From Eledone cirrhosa (taxonomy: Eukaryota), in the NCBI GenBank assembly GCA_964016885.1, contig OZ024743.1, positions 240,374,001 to 240,438,000 on the forward strand: 64,000 bases of DNA, given 5' to 3'. The translations under genes and the position numbers were made by a program. The notes below the pieces were generated by a model. It did not search any database and was not told the origin of the DNA. It saw only the letters and a list, made by a program, of their open reading frames with translations. Positions 39,301 to 54,300 of this stretch are shown piece by piece (the first letter of the stretch is position 1; every line of letters begins with the position of its first letter).

Positions 39301-42300
39301 GGCACATACAACAGCATTTTACAGAGTGGATTGGGTGTATTTTATCACAGCACCAAAACCACCACTTTACAGAGTGTACTGGATGTATTTTATCAAGACA
39401 TTAGCCCTGTCACTTCACAGAGTATACTGAGTGTATTTTATCATGGCACCAGTACCACTAATTTACAGAGAGGACTGTGTGTATTTTTCTAAGGTAGTCA
39501 TTAGAGCACCAGACAAGATGTCTTGTGATATTTGTTTCTGTTCAAATTTTACCCTTGCCTACTTGGGTACTAGACTTAATCTAAAGCCCAGTTTAACACC
39601 ACTAACTGGCCAAGACTCTGGTTTGAAGAGAACTTCCTCTTACCTACCAGTCTTTGAGGACCCTAAGTCATAAGTGCTTCCCTTGTCTCTTTTAATAAGC
39701 AATAAAAAAATAGCCAATGATTAAAGATATTCCATCCAGCTTTCTTTCTTCTTCTTTTCTTTATAAATGTATGACTACAATGTTGAAAGTGTTTTTTTTT
39801 AAGAGAGTATGATGAGGTTCAAAGGAGGATTGATTGATATTTCCAACAGGTCAAGCAATTGTGTAGAAGCTCTCTTGCAAAGGTTGTACATCTGTAAGTA
39901 TAGTTTTCTTTAGCTGGGTTCACACTCATAGCTTCCATGTACAGTATGTTGTTTTTGTCAAGCCTCAGCTAAGACATGATGATGCAGATCTATGATGAAA
40001 GAGATGCAATGCTGAAGTAAATCACAAAGATATGCTGTCAGATGAAAATATGTGTGTAATGTACATAGTATGGATGAATTTGTACCACTTGATTGAGTCA
40101 TGAAGATGTTGTAGTAACATTCAGTGTGTCTTAGGCATTTTTAAATCCTGGCAGAATCCATGCCCTCTTCAGATCTGAACACAGCTTATTTCTTCCAGTG
40201 AAGGAAAGCAGAAATTGAAAGAGTTATAGAGTAAGAGAGAATCAACCCCATGTACTGAACTGGTATTTTTTTTATTGACCTCAAAAGGATGAAAGGTAAA
40301 GTTGTCCTTAGCGGAATTTGAACTCAGAGGGTGCAGAGAGCTGGAATGCATTCTCTCCAAAGTTCTAATGAGTACCAATTCACCACCATTTGTTTAGTGT
40401 GAATCACTTAAAAAAGTTATGGTAGATAGATGTCTGCAGTTAATTTTATTCAGTGCATATTCTCCCAATTGAGGACCACTTACTGCAGCTATGATGTTTG
40501 TTTTGACACATAACAGAACATAACTTATTGTCTTTTGCTGTTTAGCTCTAATTTCAGATTCCTCAACTAGTGATTAATGTTTGATCCTGGCATCAAATCT
40601 TGTTTTGCTATGTTCATGAATGAAAAACAGTGTATTTGACAAACCCCTTGAGCAGTAAACTAACTGGAAAGGAAGGTGCAGAATAAAGTGTATTTTCTGA
40701 CTGCATTAGACACACACACAATCACACATGCACTCACACACCACATAAAGGCTGCAGTTATAATATTGTGGCCCCATAAAGGAAATACACCCACAAATTC
40801 CTCCCACTAATGTCTGAATTTGGTTAGTGCTCAGTAAAGTTGAAATTGTAATTTAAATATATTTCCCATCCTCCTACATTATAATAATGAAAATATTGTG
40901 TACAGTGCTCAGGTGCACTACAACTCATCAAAAAGTGTATGTATAGTACATAGGGTAATGTACAAACATCAGGCAAATGAACAGTGCATGAGTCATGATA
41001 TACACATGTGTGCATGTGTATGGAATTTCGGGAAGCATGAGGGTTTTAAAGGATGCAGTGTCTTGGCAGCTAACAACTGATGCAGGCAGTTTGTTCCATG
41101 CTTCAGCAACTCTAAGCGTGAAAAAATGTTTCTGAAAGTCATGGGAGCTGTGCTGTTTTTTGATTTTGTAGGCATGTCCACGTGTGTTAGACACATGGAG
41201 ATCAAAAAGGTGCTCAGGGTTGTTGTTGGCGAAATGGTTAATAACTTTTGGGGTATTTACAAAGTCCATTGCCAGATGTCGGAGCTTCAATGAATCCATG
41301 CCCAGGGAAGCAAGGCGTTCAGAGTATGGTAGGTGTCTGATGGAGGGTATGCGCTTGGTTGCACGTCTCTGAACAGTTTCCAGGAGGCAATGTTCTGAGC
41401 AAGATAGGGGTTCCAGACTGATGATGCGAATTCCAAGTGTGATCATACCATAGCTGTATACAGCTTTATATAGATGGCTGGAGAGCGGCTGACAAAGGTC
41501 TTGCTGAGTGATGCCAAGACACCCTCGGCCTTCTTGATGATCTTAGAGACATGCTTTGTCCAACACAAATCGCTGCTGACAGTAATGCCCAGGTCACGTT
41601 CACAAGAGGACTTCTTGATATCAGTGTTGTGGAGGGAGTATGTGGACACTGGATTTTTCCTCCCAAAATGCATGGTGGTACACTTGTCCACAGCCAGCTT
41701 CAGTTGCCAGTCTGTGATCCATTGCTGCATTGTGTCCAGGTCTGATTTTAGGAAAGAGTGAAGTGGCTCCCATCAACTTCGTTAACCTATACTTAAATGA
41801 CAGTTAGTTAAAGTATGTCCCAAGCTCAAAGAATCAACAAGCTGGAGCATATTCCAGTTTGTTTGATATTAACCCTTTAGCATTTAAACCAGCCATATCC
41901 AGCCAGAATTCTCTCGCCTCTTTCTGTTAAAACCAGCCAGAACCAGCTGCTCATACTTATGTTAAGGTATTGTTCTCAAAATAAATAATATCAAAATCTC
42001 GTAGATTCGATATTATGTGAGATAATTATGTGAAATAAAGTGTTTACCATGAAAATACAATAGTAAATATAGATAATGTAAATGCTAAAGGGTTAGAGAA
42101 TTAAGAATTTGAGACACCACTCTAGATGAGACATCACTGAGTTAACCCCCAGCTGCTCCTAGTAATCATTTTGGATTGGTGCTACATGAAATGAAGTGTT
42201 TTGCTTAAGGACAAAACATGGTGCCCAATCCAAAATCTCAGCCTACGACTGACCTTGATATAGTGAGCTAAACATTTGGTGAACCTTCGTAACTTAAATT

Positions 42301-45300
42301 ACATGTCAGATAACCAATATGAACTGCAGATATGATGATAAATATATACATATGGCAGTCATAGTAGTTGTAGTAGCAGAAATATACACACACACATATA
42401 TATACACAGATAGATAAACACACATATATTCATACATATGTGCATGTATATATACATACATACATATATATATCATCATCATTATCGTTTAACGTCCATC
42501 TTTCACGCTAGCATGGGTTAGACGGTTTTGTTCCATTTGATGCGGGAATGGTCGGGAGACTGTGTCTCGCTCACACAGAAGTGTCTCTGGCAGGTTTTTT
42601 ATGGCTGGATGCGCTTCCTAACACCAACCACATTTACAGTGTGGACTGGGAGCCTTTTTACCATGTCTCTTACACGACCACCTTACAGTGTGGACTGGGT
42701 GCTTTTTGTTGTGTCATTGCCACAGTGGATGGATATGGGAGGATGGTGTAGGGCAGAGGTTGACAATCCCCGGCCCGCGGGCCACATCCGGCCCTCGAGT
42801 GATTTTTGTCCGGCCCACCATATTACACTGGACACTAATTATCTAATTAGTATCGAATACAGATACAGTAGTTCACTTCAAGGTTGTGTCGACCTGATGC
42901 CCATCACAAATCGCTGCTCATACCATATATATTTACAGATACCTTTGTAACCTTATTCCATTTATTATTATTTCCTCTTATCCATCTTTTCCTGGGCTTT
43001 CCCCCAAGCATTATATCACCTGTATTATTATTTCCTGTATTATTATTTCCTGTATGTGTTTTTGGTCCAGTCAACAAACACAAATGTTGGCTGGAAATAT
43101 GCATTTTTGTCAGCGACTGGAAGGTATACTACCTTACAGTTCGCATGACTCGCTTTTATACCCATATTGTCATTCAATAAAATCACCCGTGAATTGTTGT
43201 TGTCTTCATTTGCCTGACCTTACCTGTGCCCCCCGACACAAGGTAAAGCTGTCCTTGGAAAAATTACTTCGTTCCCTCCTCCCCAGAGTATTTTCATCTG
43301 AGTTTGTTGTCTGGTGGTATAACAACTCTACAGTAGGTATCTTTATTCAATAATAACGTTTATTTAATTATTTCTGATAAATTGGGTGAATTATTATTAT
43401 TAGAATTAGGCCAAAAGTGGTTTAAAAAAACAAATGGCAACCCTGATCTAACAACATCGTTAGAAACCTGGTTTTATATAATTTATTCACAATTATCATA
43501 TTTTATCGCATTACTGTATTTGCATTTACATTTGTTTTCATTGTTTCTTATTTCTTCATTCTGATTATTATACTTTTTGTTCTTTTTCCTTTCCATAAAT
43601 CTTTTTTGTTTGAACAAAAACAAGCCCATGGAAGCTAAGAAAAGAAAAGTGGATTTGGGGTGCCGAACTTTTAACGATGGCTGGACACTTAGCTATTTTT
43701 TCATTGAGCACTTCGTAAAATGTGTTTGCTTAATTTGTCAAGAAACCATTGCCATGAAGAAAGTTTCAAATATTAAACGGCACTATGAAACTCGTCATAA
43801 ACATTACAACAGTTTTACTGGAAATGCACGAGTAAACAAAATTGCATGGCTGAGAAATAATGTAACAAAGCAATCATCCTTTTTCAGTAGAAAAGTTGAA
43901 AAAAGTGACCGAAACACTCGTGCTAGCTACGAGGTGTCAAAACTAATTGCAGAAAGGATAAAACCTTTTACTGATGGAGATTTCTTCAAAGAATTATTGT
44001 TGAAGGTAGCAGATGATGTTTGTCCAGAAAAAAAGGAATTATTTTCTGCGATCAGCTTATCGGCAAGAACACTAACAAGGCGAATTGAAGAGCTGGCAGC
44101 AAATGTCAGAAGTGGCTTGGAGGGCATTTTAAATAATCTGGAGTATTATTCCATTGCTATCGATGAAACCACAGATATGAAGGATACTTGTCAACTTGCA
44201 GTGTTTGTGAGGGGTGTAACACCAACATTTGATATTGTGGAAGAATGTGTACAATTGATTCCTATGAAGGACACTAGCACTGGAGCCGATATTTTGGAAA
44301 GCATAATAAAATGGATTACCGAAATGAATCTGGATTTATCAAAGCTTTCTGGAGTAATCACAAATGAAGCACCAGCAATGGTTGGAGAGAAAAAGGAGTT
44401 TGTTGCATTGCTCCAAAACCACATCGGTATTGATAAAAAACTAATCAAACTTCATTGCATTATTCATCAAGAAGTGGTGGATTGGCAGTATCAGTAGAGG
44501 GGCGGACGCCATGCTTTGACGCATAGAGTTACGACCCTTGCCATTCTGAGTTCAAATCCCGCCAAGGTTAACTTTGCCTTTCATCCTTACGGGGTCGATA
44601 AAATAAAGTAGCAGTAATACACTGGGTAATTGCTGGCCTTGTGCCAAAAGTAAAAACAATTATTCATCAAGAAGCATTATGTGCAAAATCACTGAATTTT
44701 AAGGACATCATGGCAGTGGTCGTGAAAACAGTGAATTTTATACTGTCAAGAAGACTAAATCACGCCAGCTTCAAGAATTTCTAAAACAAATTGAAGCAGA
44801 GTATGGAGACCTTACATATTTTTCAAATGTTCGACCTTACATATTTTTCAAATGTTCAAAAGCCACGGAAAAATGATAGAATGAGTATATGCATTAAGAG
44901 AACAGATTTCTATGTTTTTAGAGAGTAAAAACCAAGATAATTCTTACTTTCAGGATCCAGAGTGGGTTGTCAAGTTAGCTTTTTTAGTGGACATCACAAC
45001 CCACATGAACACTTTGAATCTTGAGCTTCAAGGAAAGAACAAGGTTGTATTTGAGATGTTTGGTCAAATTACTGCATTTGAAAAAAAACTTCGACTGTGG
45101 GAATCACAACTTCAAAAAGGAAACTACTCTCATTTCCCAAGTCTCCAAAATCACAAGAGAGATACAATAGCAGACATCTTTGTGAGCTCTATTAAGGATT
45201 TGAGAACCGAGTTTCCTCTCGTTTTGCTGACTTCCGGCAATATGGAACTCTATTTAAGTTATTTGGTACTCCTTACGAAACAGATGTGGAGCAAGTGGCA

Positions 45301-48300
45301 GAATAATATCAATTGGAGTTAATTGACTTACAGTGCGACGAATCTTTGAAATCGAAATTTCAGGCCGGATCCACTGCTGACTTCTACAAGAAATATATAT
45401 TGCCAAGCGGAAAATATAAAAAACATCTTGACTAATGCGAAACTGATGATATCATTATTTGGAAGTACATATGCTTGTGAACAACTTTTTTCCAAAATGA
45501 AATATACTAAAAGTCATTTAAGAACAAGGTTGCGTGACGACCACCTGGATGATGTTTTGCTCCTGTCATCGACAAATATTTCACCTGATGTGGAGAAGTT
45601 ATCGCACAATAAGCAGAAACAAGTGTCTCATTAAATCATTTACCATTTCTAACTGTATTTCGTTTGTAGCAAGGAATTTGCTTTTTTTTTTTTTTTTGTT
45701 GATTGTGATAGTAGTTGTTTTTCTGTTATTCCTGCAGTAAAATAAGGAATTTGCTTTTTTTTTTGTTGAATGTGTTTGTAGTTTTTTTTTTTTTCTTTTT
45801 TCCTTTTTCTTTTTTTGTTATTCCTGCAGTAAAATAAAATTATATTAAATTCCTTGTTTTGCTTTAAACCTCCAGAAAATGTATTTACATATTTAATAAC
45901 ATGGCCCTCCTCCATGACACTGCATAGCTGTTTGGCCCTCTCTCTCCAAAAGGTTGCTGATCCCTGGTGTAGGGTGTGTGGGATGAGGTGATATTGGGTT
46001 AAGAGGTGCCTACTGACTGTAGGTTTGTATGCAAGGGCAGTCGGGCTTTCTGTACAACTGCATGGCGCTAAAGATCTCGATCCAGTGACATTGTCTTAGA
46101 GAGGTGTAAGTGAGCAAAGTCAGTTTTTATCACCTCGTCCCAGGTTTTTCTTGGTCTACCCACTCTGTAGCTTCCATCAATTTTCATTGCCCTGCACTTT
46201 GTTATACAGCTGTCGTCCTTCATACGCATCACATGGCCATACCAACGCAATCTCCTCTCCAGAACACAACATTTGATACCTCTTATGCTTAATCTCTCTC
46301 TCAATTTCTTTATGCTTCAACGTTCGCACACATTACTATTACACATCCATTGGAGCATGCAAGCTTCATTTCTTTCTAATCTACGCAAGTCTTCAGCACA
46401 CAATGCCCAGGTCTCACTATCATGCAATATCACTGTTCGTATACAAGCATCATACAATCTGCCTTTCACTTTTAGAGAAAAACCCCTTGTGGCCAACAGC
46501 GGTATTAGCTCCCTAAACGTTTCCCATCCCGTTTTAACTCTGGCTACTACACTTTCAGAGCACCCTCCTCCACTGCTGATTTTGTCACCCAGGTAACAGA
46601 AAGTGTCTACTATTTCTATAGAACTATCTGGGCAGTTGAAGGAGATAGCATCCAGTGGGTCCTTGCTACTTACTGCACCTGAACATTGGCCACATATAAA
46701 ATTTACATTCTTAGATAGTTTACCTGTGATCCCACTACATCTTTTATGTACCCATAGTTTGCATTTGGGACATAGAATGGAATTTCTACCTACTCCTTTC
46801 TTAACACTGAGCATAACCATTTCCCAGAGGGCATCTGTTCTACATACTAGAACTTTAGTCTTAGACAAGTTGACTCTAAAGCCTTTTAATTCTAGGCAAT
46901 GCTTCTTCTCTAGTTCAGCTATGGATTCAGCTGAGAGTTAGACCATCTGCATATAGAAGTTCTCATGGGCAGCCAGTCTTAAACCCTTCTGTTATATTCA
47001 TTGTTAATTCTAAACTTGCTGACTGTTCCTCTATACATGGATTGTATAGCTCTCGCAAGCTATTCATCTACTCCTAGTTTTCTAAGAGCCCACAGATATA
47101 TATATACACATATGCATGTAATAGTAGTAGTAGTAGCAGCAGCATATATGCATACATATACCTATACACACATACATAAACACATATATATATATACATA
47201 AAAGCACATGTATATGCAGACATACACATATATGCATGTAGTAATAGTAGCAGAAGTAATCATCATCATCGCCATTTAACATCCACCTTCCATGCTTGCT
47301 CATACAGAACTGTTTCTGGTTGGATGCCTTTCCTAACGCCAACCACATTTACAGTGCATACTGTGTGCTTTTTGCAGTGACCCCAACATGATCACTTTAC
47401 AGTGTGGAATGGGTGCTTTTTACTGTGACACCAACACAACCACATTACAGTGTGGGCTGGGTGCTTTTGTTGTGACACCTACATGACTACCTTACAGTGT
47501 GAACTGGGTGCCTTTTGTCGTGTCACCTATACAACCACCTCACAGTGTGAACTGGGTGCCTTTTGCCATGTCACCTACACAACCACTTTACAGTGTGGGC
47601 TGGGTGCTTTTTGTCATGACTTCTACACGACCACTTTACAATGTGGACTGGGTGCCTTTTGTCATGTCACCTACATAACCACTTTACAGTGTGGACTGGG
47701 TGCTTTTAGTCGTGACACCTACACAACCACATTGCAGTGCGGGCTGTGTGTTTTTGTTGTGACACCTACACAACCACTTTACAGTGTGGGTAATATATAT
47801 TCATATATTGTTATATATATATACACACATACATACACAAATGCACATATATATATGTATATATATATACACAAATGCATGTGTATCATCATCATCATCA
47901 TCATCAACGTTTAACGTCCGTGTTCCACGCTTGCATGGGTTTGGACGGGGGTAGTCCCACTTGAGGCAAGAGTGATTGTCTTGCTCGCATAGGACTGTCT
48001 GGCAGGTTTTCTACAGTTGGATGCCCTTCCTAACACCAACCACATTTACAGTGTGGGTCTGGGAGGTTTTTACCGTGTTGCCTACACGGCCACATTACAG
48101 CGTGGACTGTGTGTTTTTTTGTCGTGACACCTACACGATCTCATTTGTTTCGGCTTGGATGGTGTGGCACCAACATAACTTTACATAGAAGGGGGTGGTG
48201 TGGATGGGGTGGGGGTGGTGGGACGGGGGTGTATTTTGTTAGAGATGCCTACTGGCAAGGCGGGTCTTCTCTGTTACTGTATATATACAGTGAATTCCAT

Positions 48301-51300
48301 TATAACGAATTTCACGAGTTATAAAAATGTCCATTGTAACGAAAATGTCTTTATAACGAGATCAACTGAAACACATTGAGTGTGTAGACGGGGATCGAAA
48401 AGAATTTTGTTATACTGAAAATTTGTTATTACCATTTATTGTGGTATTCATTATAATGGAATTTTACATGTACATACATCTACATATATACATGCGATAG
48501 CAGCAGCAGCAGTAGTAGTAGTAGTAGCAGCAGCAGCAACAGCAGTAGTAATAGTAGTAGTAGTAGTAGCAGCAGCAGCAGCAGTAGTATGAGGAAGAAA
48601 ATAGAAGAGGACAAAGAGAGGGAGAGCAAACAGAGAAAATGAAAATGAATGTGTCAACAGAAATTAGCTATATTGACATCCAACTGCCTTCCTCCAGGCT
48701 TGATCCTGTGTCAACCCATGATATCAAATGCTATCAATTTAAGAAAACAACAAACCTTTCTGCACACACAAAATGAAGTGATAAATAAACAAATGAAGGA
48801 AAGTGAAAATATAAATTTAAAAAAAAAAAAAATAAATAAATAAAAAAAAAAAAATTTTTTAATCCAAAAATAAATTAAAAAAGAAATACCCAAAATGTTT
48901 TTTAAATGAAATAAATGAATAAATAATAAAAATATCTTTAAATTAAATAAAAACTTTAAGAAATACACCTTCCTCCCTTAACTTTTTTCCATTGGTATAT
49001 AGTATCATTGGGGATGGGGGTCTTAATTTTTTTTCTATTCCAGTTATCAGTCTGGTGTCTTTGGTTATTGATTAAACTAGATGTCCAATTATAGAATTTT
49101 ATTTCTAGAATTTGCCATTGAAACTTGTTTTAAATTTATTATTATTTTGGCTGTTATAAATTGTATATTTATTGATGTGTTTGTTGTTGTTGTGGTGGTG
49201 TTGGTGGTGGTTATTGTGCTTATTGTTGTTGATGTGGTGATGATGGTTGTTTTTGTGATGGTTGTTGTTGTTTTAGTGGTTGTGGTAGTGGTGGTCGTTG
49301 TGGTAGTGGTGGTTGTTGTGGTAGTGGTGGTTGTTGTTGAGGTGGTGATTGTTGTTGTGGTAGTAATGGTTATTGTTGCAGTGGTGTTAGTTGTGGTGGA
49401 GGTTGTTGTTATTATGGTGATGATTGTTGTTGTGGTGATAGTAATAGTAGTTGTGGTAGTAGTGGTTCTTGTTGTGGTAGTGGTGGTTGTTATTGTTGTT
49501 GTTGCAATGGTGGTTGTTATTGTTGTGCTGGTAGTGGTGGTTGTTATTGTTGAATTGGTGGTGCTTGTTGTTGTAGATATAACAGTTGTTGTAGGTTTTG
49601 ATACAGGTATTTTTCTTGTTTTGCTTTACATTCTTTTTGTTTTGTTGTTGTTAAACAGAACGAAATCAAAAAGAAATTTGCAAACATTTATGAAAAAATC
49701 TTATCTCAAACAGACAGCAGGAGAATAATATTAATTATAATAGCTTCATTATATAATTATCATCATCAACATCATTATTATCATCTTTGTTGTTGTTGTT
49801 GTCAACACAAAGGTAATAATGAACTAACAGGACCCATGGAAATTCATGTTTTATAAATTTATTAAATTTATTGTTTCTATTTTGATGCATAAATTTATAG
49901 ATCATCATCATCATTTTACATCTGACTAATCCAAGCTAGCATGGATTCTAAAGTCTGTTTCGAGCCCGGAGGCTCACCAGACTAGTGCTTATCCCAGCTT
50001 CCATGGCATGAAGTGACTGAGAGTACAAGAATCTCCCCTACCTGGAGAGAATGCCAGTCCATCACAGTGTTAAACCCTCAGCTATTGCTGGTACTCATCT
50101 TCAGCTGAGTATACTGGAGCAACATGAAATGAAGTGTTTTGCTCAAGAATGCAACACACAGCCCAGTCCAGGAATCAAACCCAAGACATTATGATTGTTA
50201 GTCCAACACCCTTACCACTAAGCCACATGCCATGAATTGGACAGATTTTTTCAGTACGGTGATCTTCGTAACTTTGCTTCATTAAGTGAAACATTCTATT
50301 TCATTCCATAGTTAAAATTGTTTAAACCGTAGCTTGTTTCATTAAATGCAAAACCTTGATTTCCTTTCATAGTTGAGATTCTTTGAAGTACAACTCTTGG
50401 ACTGTTTTCATTATGTTAAAGATTTGGATTATATCTACAATTTCCTTCCATAGTTGATGTTGCTAAAAGAGTAACACTCAAATACATAAATGTCATGGTG
50501 TACAGAATAATATTCACCATCACCATTACATCCACTTTTCTATGTTGGCATGGGTTCGACAGAACCATTTGAGGAAATGTTTTACAGCTAAATGCCTTCC
50601 TAACACCAATACATTGTAATTATTATAAAATCTAAGATACACAATAAATAGTATAGTTAAGAATTTTTAACAAAGATATAAAATTCTAATAAAGTACTGA
50701 GGTTGGTTAAACTTACCCCAGTACTTCATTTCAACCTCAGTGAGCTTGCTTGCAGGCAAGAAACAGCAGAGAAATATCCCTCAAATTACATCCAACTATG
50801 TTATATAAAGGCAGTGCACTCCTACATACCACTAAAAAAACAGGATAATCATGGCTGCAATGCATTTGATCATAAGTTTACACAAAGCTGACCTAGGACT
50901 GAACAACAGCTACACTTGAAATATATAATTTTGTGAGGTGGGGGAGAGATAAGTAGAGTACTTATCTAGTATTTGACTGGTACTTTATTTCATCTGCCCT
51001 GGAAAGATGAAAAGCAAATTTAATCTCAGCAGGAGTCAAACTCAGAATGTAAAGAGCCAGAACACATACAGCATTTTCAAACAATTTTGTCAGCCCATTA
51101 TGAGGAAGATGATAGTGGTGTTGGTGGTAGTTATGGTGGTGGGAGTGATGGTGTGGGTAGTGATGACAATTATGAGAGCTATATAAGCTACAGGGGTTCA
51201 AAGACTGTGAAGACAGTTACAAAAGAAAAAAAAACTTGATGAGGAATTTTTAGATCTAGTATCCATGATACCATTATTGGAGCTGCAGGTTATATACCAA

Positions 51301-54300
51301 CCTGCCTGGAGCAAAGTATGCCTGACCCTGGATTTGTAGAAAAAGAATATTGTTTGTTAATTTAAAAGCTAGAAATGGCCGTGATATCTGGAACCCTCAA
51401 GATTTGTAAAACATTCTAAGAATTCAAAGGATGAACGCTTACACAAGAGACAATGACAATTTCTTTTTCTTTACAACCTTGCCACTGGGAAGGTGGCCAG
51501 TTAAAAATAAACTAGAAATTAAGAGAAAGAGAGAACATATATACATACAAACATATACACATACATACACAGATATATACATAAAAAGAGACAAATTGGT
51601 ATAAGGCAGGGAATTGGCCAAAGCATTAGAGATTCAGAGGAAATACTTTGTGGTATTTGTTCTGGCTCTCTATGCTCTGAGTTCAAATCCCACTGTGATC
51701 AGCTTTGCCATCCATCGTTTTAGAGTTGATAAAATAAAGTACCTGTCTGAGGTGGTATATTTGGCAGAATTGTTAAAGTACTAAACCAGATCCCTGACAT
51801 TTAATATTAATTAGATAAATAAAGTGGTGGATTGGCAGTATCGGCAGAGGGTCGGACGCCATGCTTTGACGCATAGAGTTACGGCCTTTGCCATTCTGAG
51901 TTCAAATCCCGCCGAGGTTAACTTTGCCTTTCATCCTTACGGGGTCGATAAAATAAAGTACCAGTAATGCACTGGGTAATTGCTGGCCTTGTGCCAAACG
52001 TAGAAACAATTAATTAGATAAATAAAGAAATTATTTGCTTTTTGTGTTCTGAGTTCAAATACCACCATGATCTTCTTGACGGGTAGACTTAATCTGTCAT
52101 TCAGTGTAACACCACAACCTGGTCATTGGGTTATAGACTTAATCCATTTCTCAGTTTAACACCAACACGTGGCCCTTGGGTGGTATCCATCACCCAGTTT
52201 AACTCAACCTCCTGGCCCTTGAGTGGTAGACTCAATTCATCACCCAGTTTAACCTTACCACCTGGCCCTTGAGTGGTAGACTCAATTCATCACCGAGTTT
52301 AACCTAATCACCTGATTCTTGGGTATTAGACTTAATCCATCACCCAGCTTAACACCACCACCTGCTCCTTGGCTGGTAACATAGTAACCAGCTGGTTATC
52401 TTTAGCAGAATTCACTTGGTTGCAAGAATCGAAGCCATGTACCCTATTTTTAAATACCTCTCTCCCTTCCACCAATCTTTGAGAGCCCAGTAAAAAGGGT
52501 TAAAAACACTGATCATTCTGCTGACTAAGCAAAGAAAAATAAACAACCTATATACAGACACAGAAATATCTACATGCAATCATACACACATGTATAAAGA
52601 TACACTTTGTAAAACATAAGCTTTTTGTATGAAAATGTTCAACAATGGCATGGATTGAATTAAAAGTATCTGAATTAAAAGTATCTAAAAGTATACAAAT
52701 TCAATATAATTAGCCAATTAAATAAAATGAAAATAACGATACATATTAAATTAATCTCTTGAAAAATAGATCTGGCAATGGTGTTGTTTTTCTTTTTTAG
52801 AGGTGTAATGCCAAGTTCATCTCCTACAAGGAACACTAGTAATTATTTAAATAGCTACTTATAATATTAATTTTATTGATTATCATTGCCATTATTATTA
52901 TTATACTCAACGTCATGCGAATAAGACAGGAAAATTGGACAGGGTCGGAGATGGAGCTAATCATCCAAGCAAACCATGAGAGCATTGAGGCCATCCCCGA
53001 TGAAATAGACCTAGATGACGGCAGCCATCTACCCATGACTGTCGAAGGTAGGCGCCCAAGGTGTCATGGATGCGGTGACAAGACACACCTTAAGGCATTC
53101 TGCCCTAAACTCACCAAAACAGGCACGTGCTCCCCCCCTTCTCCCTATACCGTGCACCGTGACTGGAGCGGACAAACAAACCAAGACCACAGTGGCAGAA
53201 GAAAAATCACCATCCCCAACAACAAAAGCACCATCTTTTCCACCACCCACAGAACTAATGGAAAGCATACCCCTTCCTGATATAGCTAAATCAGACAAGG
53301 AGTGCGATGAGTCCGAAGAATGGAGACCTATCCCAGCAAAAAAATGGAAGAACTCCTTACCTTCGTCCTCAAAAAAAAAAGAGAGGAAGAAAGAACCCCC
53401 CAAAAAAAGAAAATGAAAACTACCCCACCTCCTCCATCACCATCAACAGCCACACCTCCACAACCACCTACAGCAATCACCCTTAGCATCTACCCCATCG
53501 TGACCTCCAACAACACCACAGTAAACACAGAAAGCACCAACACCCCAACAACAGACACAATACACAGCCATAGACGTAGACAACACAAAGCTTTTAAATT
53601 ACATTCAACACCGCACCAACATCACAGAAACAAACTACGTACAAACCACCAAAATTGCACCCCCACCCACACACACACATAAAAATAATAGAAATCACAC
53701 AAAAAAATTATATTACATTAAAAAAAATGTTCCCCCCATCAATTGGAGACTACCGAGGGAATATCACCAAAAGAATATTCAGAGACATTCTCGTGGAGAA
53801 ACCTACCACTGGTCGGAGGGATAGATCACCCACCCCCTTCCTAAAAAAAGAGCCACAGGTAATTTTTGTACTTTTCCCCTCTTACTTGTTTTCCTCCTAT
53901 CCTAGCCAACATGGCTTCTCTCAGAATAAGTAGCATAAATACACATGGCCTGGGGTCGTCTTGGAAGCAAGGATACCTGCTGAACGATCTCCGGTCGCTA
54001 AACATAGATGTGGTGTCCATCAGTGAGACCAGAATCTCCGAGGCATGGGCATTCGCACCCATTTTCGGCAGCTACGAAGTGTACACATCTCCAAGCCATT
54101 CCGGATCTCTGGGAAGAGGCCATGTTGCTCCGGAGAAGTCTGGAACTCGAGATACGAGCCGTCTTCTTGGACCCAGAAGGTAAGTTGGTAGTGCTGGACG
54201 TGACCAGCGGAGAAGGACAAGCTTTCAGGCTAGTGGCCATCTATATGCTCCAACAGGAGCAGGACAGCCTGAATTCTTCTGGTGCCTGGAGACCTTTCTT

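Larger units (their letters stand above)
42754..45966 (+). mobile_element. Full-length hAT (Charlie/SPIN/GTF2IRD2-like) DNA transposon
   Basis: Imperfect TIRs cagaggttgacaatc / ggttgctgatccctg; perfect 8-bp TSD gtgtaggg at both ends; internal transposase. Confidence 0.92.
42473..47090 (-). mobile_element. RTE-type LINE fragment split by the hAT transposon
   Basis: 3' UTR at 42473-42753 resumes at 45967; RT fragments RRLRWYGHV, KGRLYDACI and WVHKRC. Confidence 0.8.

Noticed and set aside
43577-44497. Domesticated GTF2IRD2/ZBED-like host gene
   Set aside because: Bounded by TIRs and TSD, and broken by a SINE and frameshifts; a dead transposon.
49081-49728. 215-aa poly-Val ORF
   Set aside because: Trinucleotide low-complexity tract, not a membrane protein.
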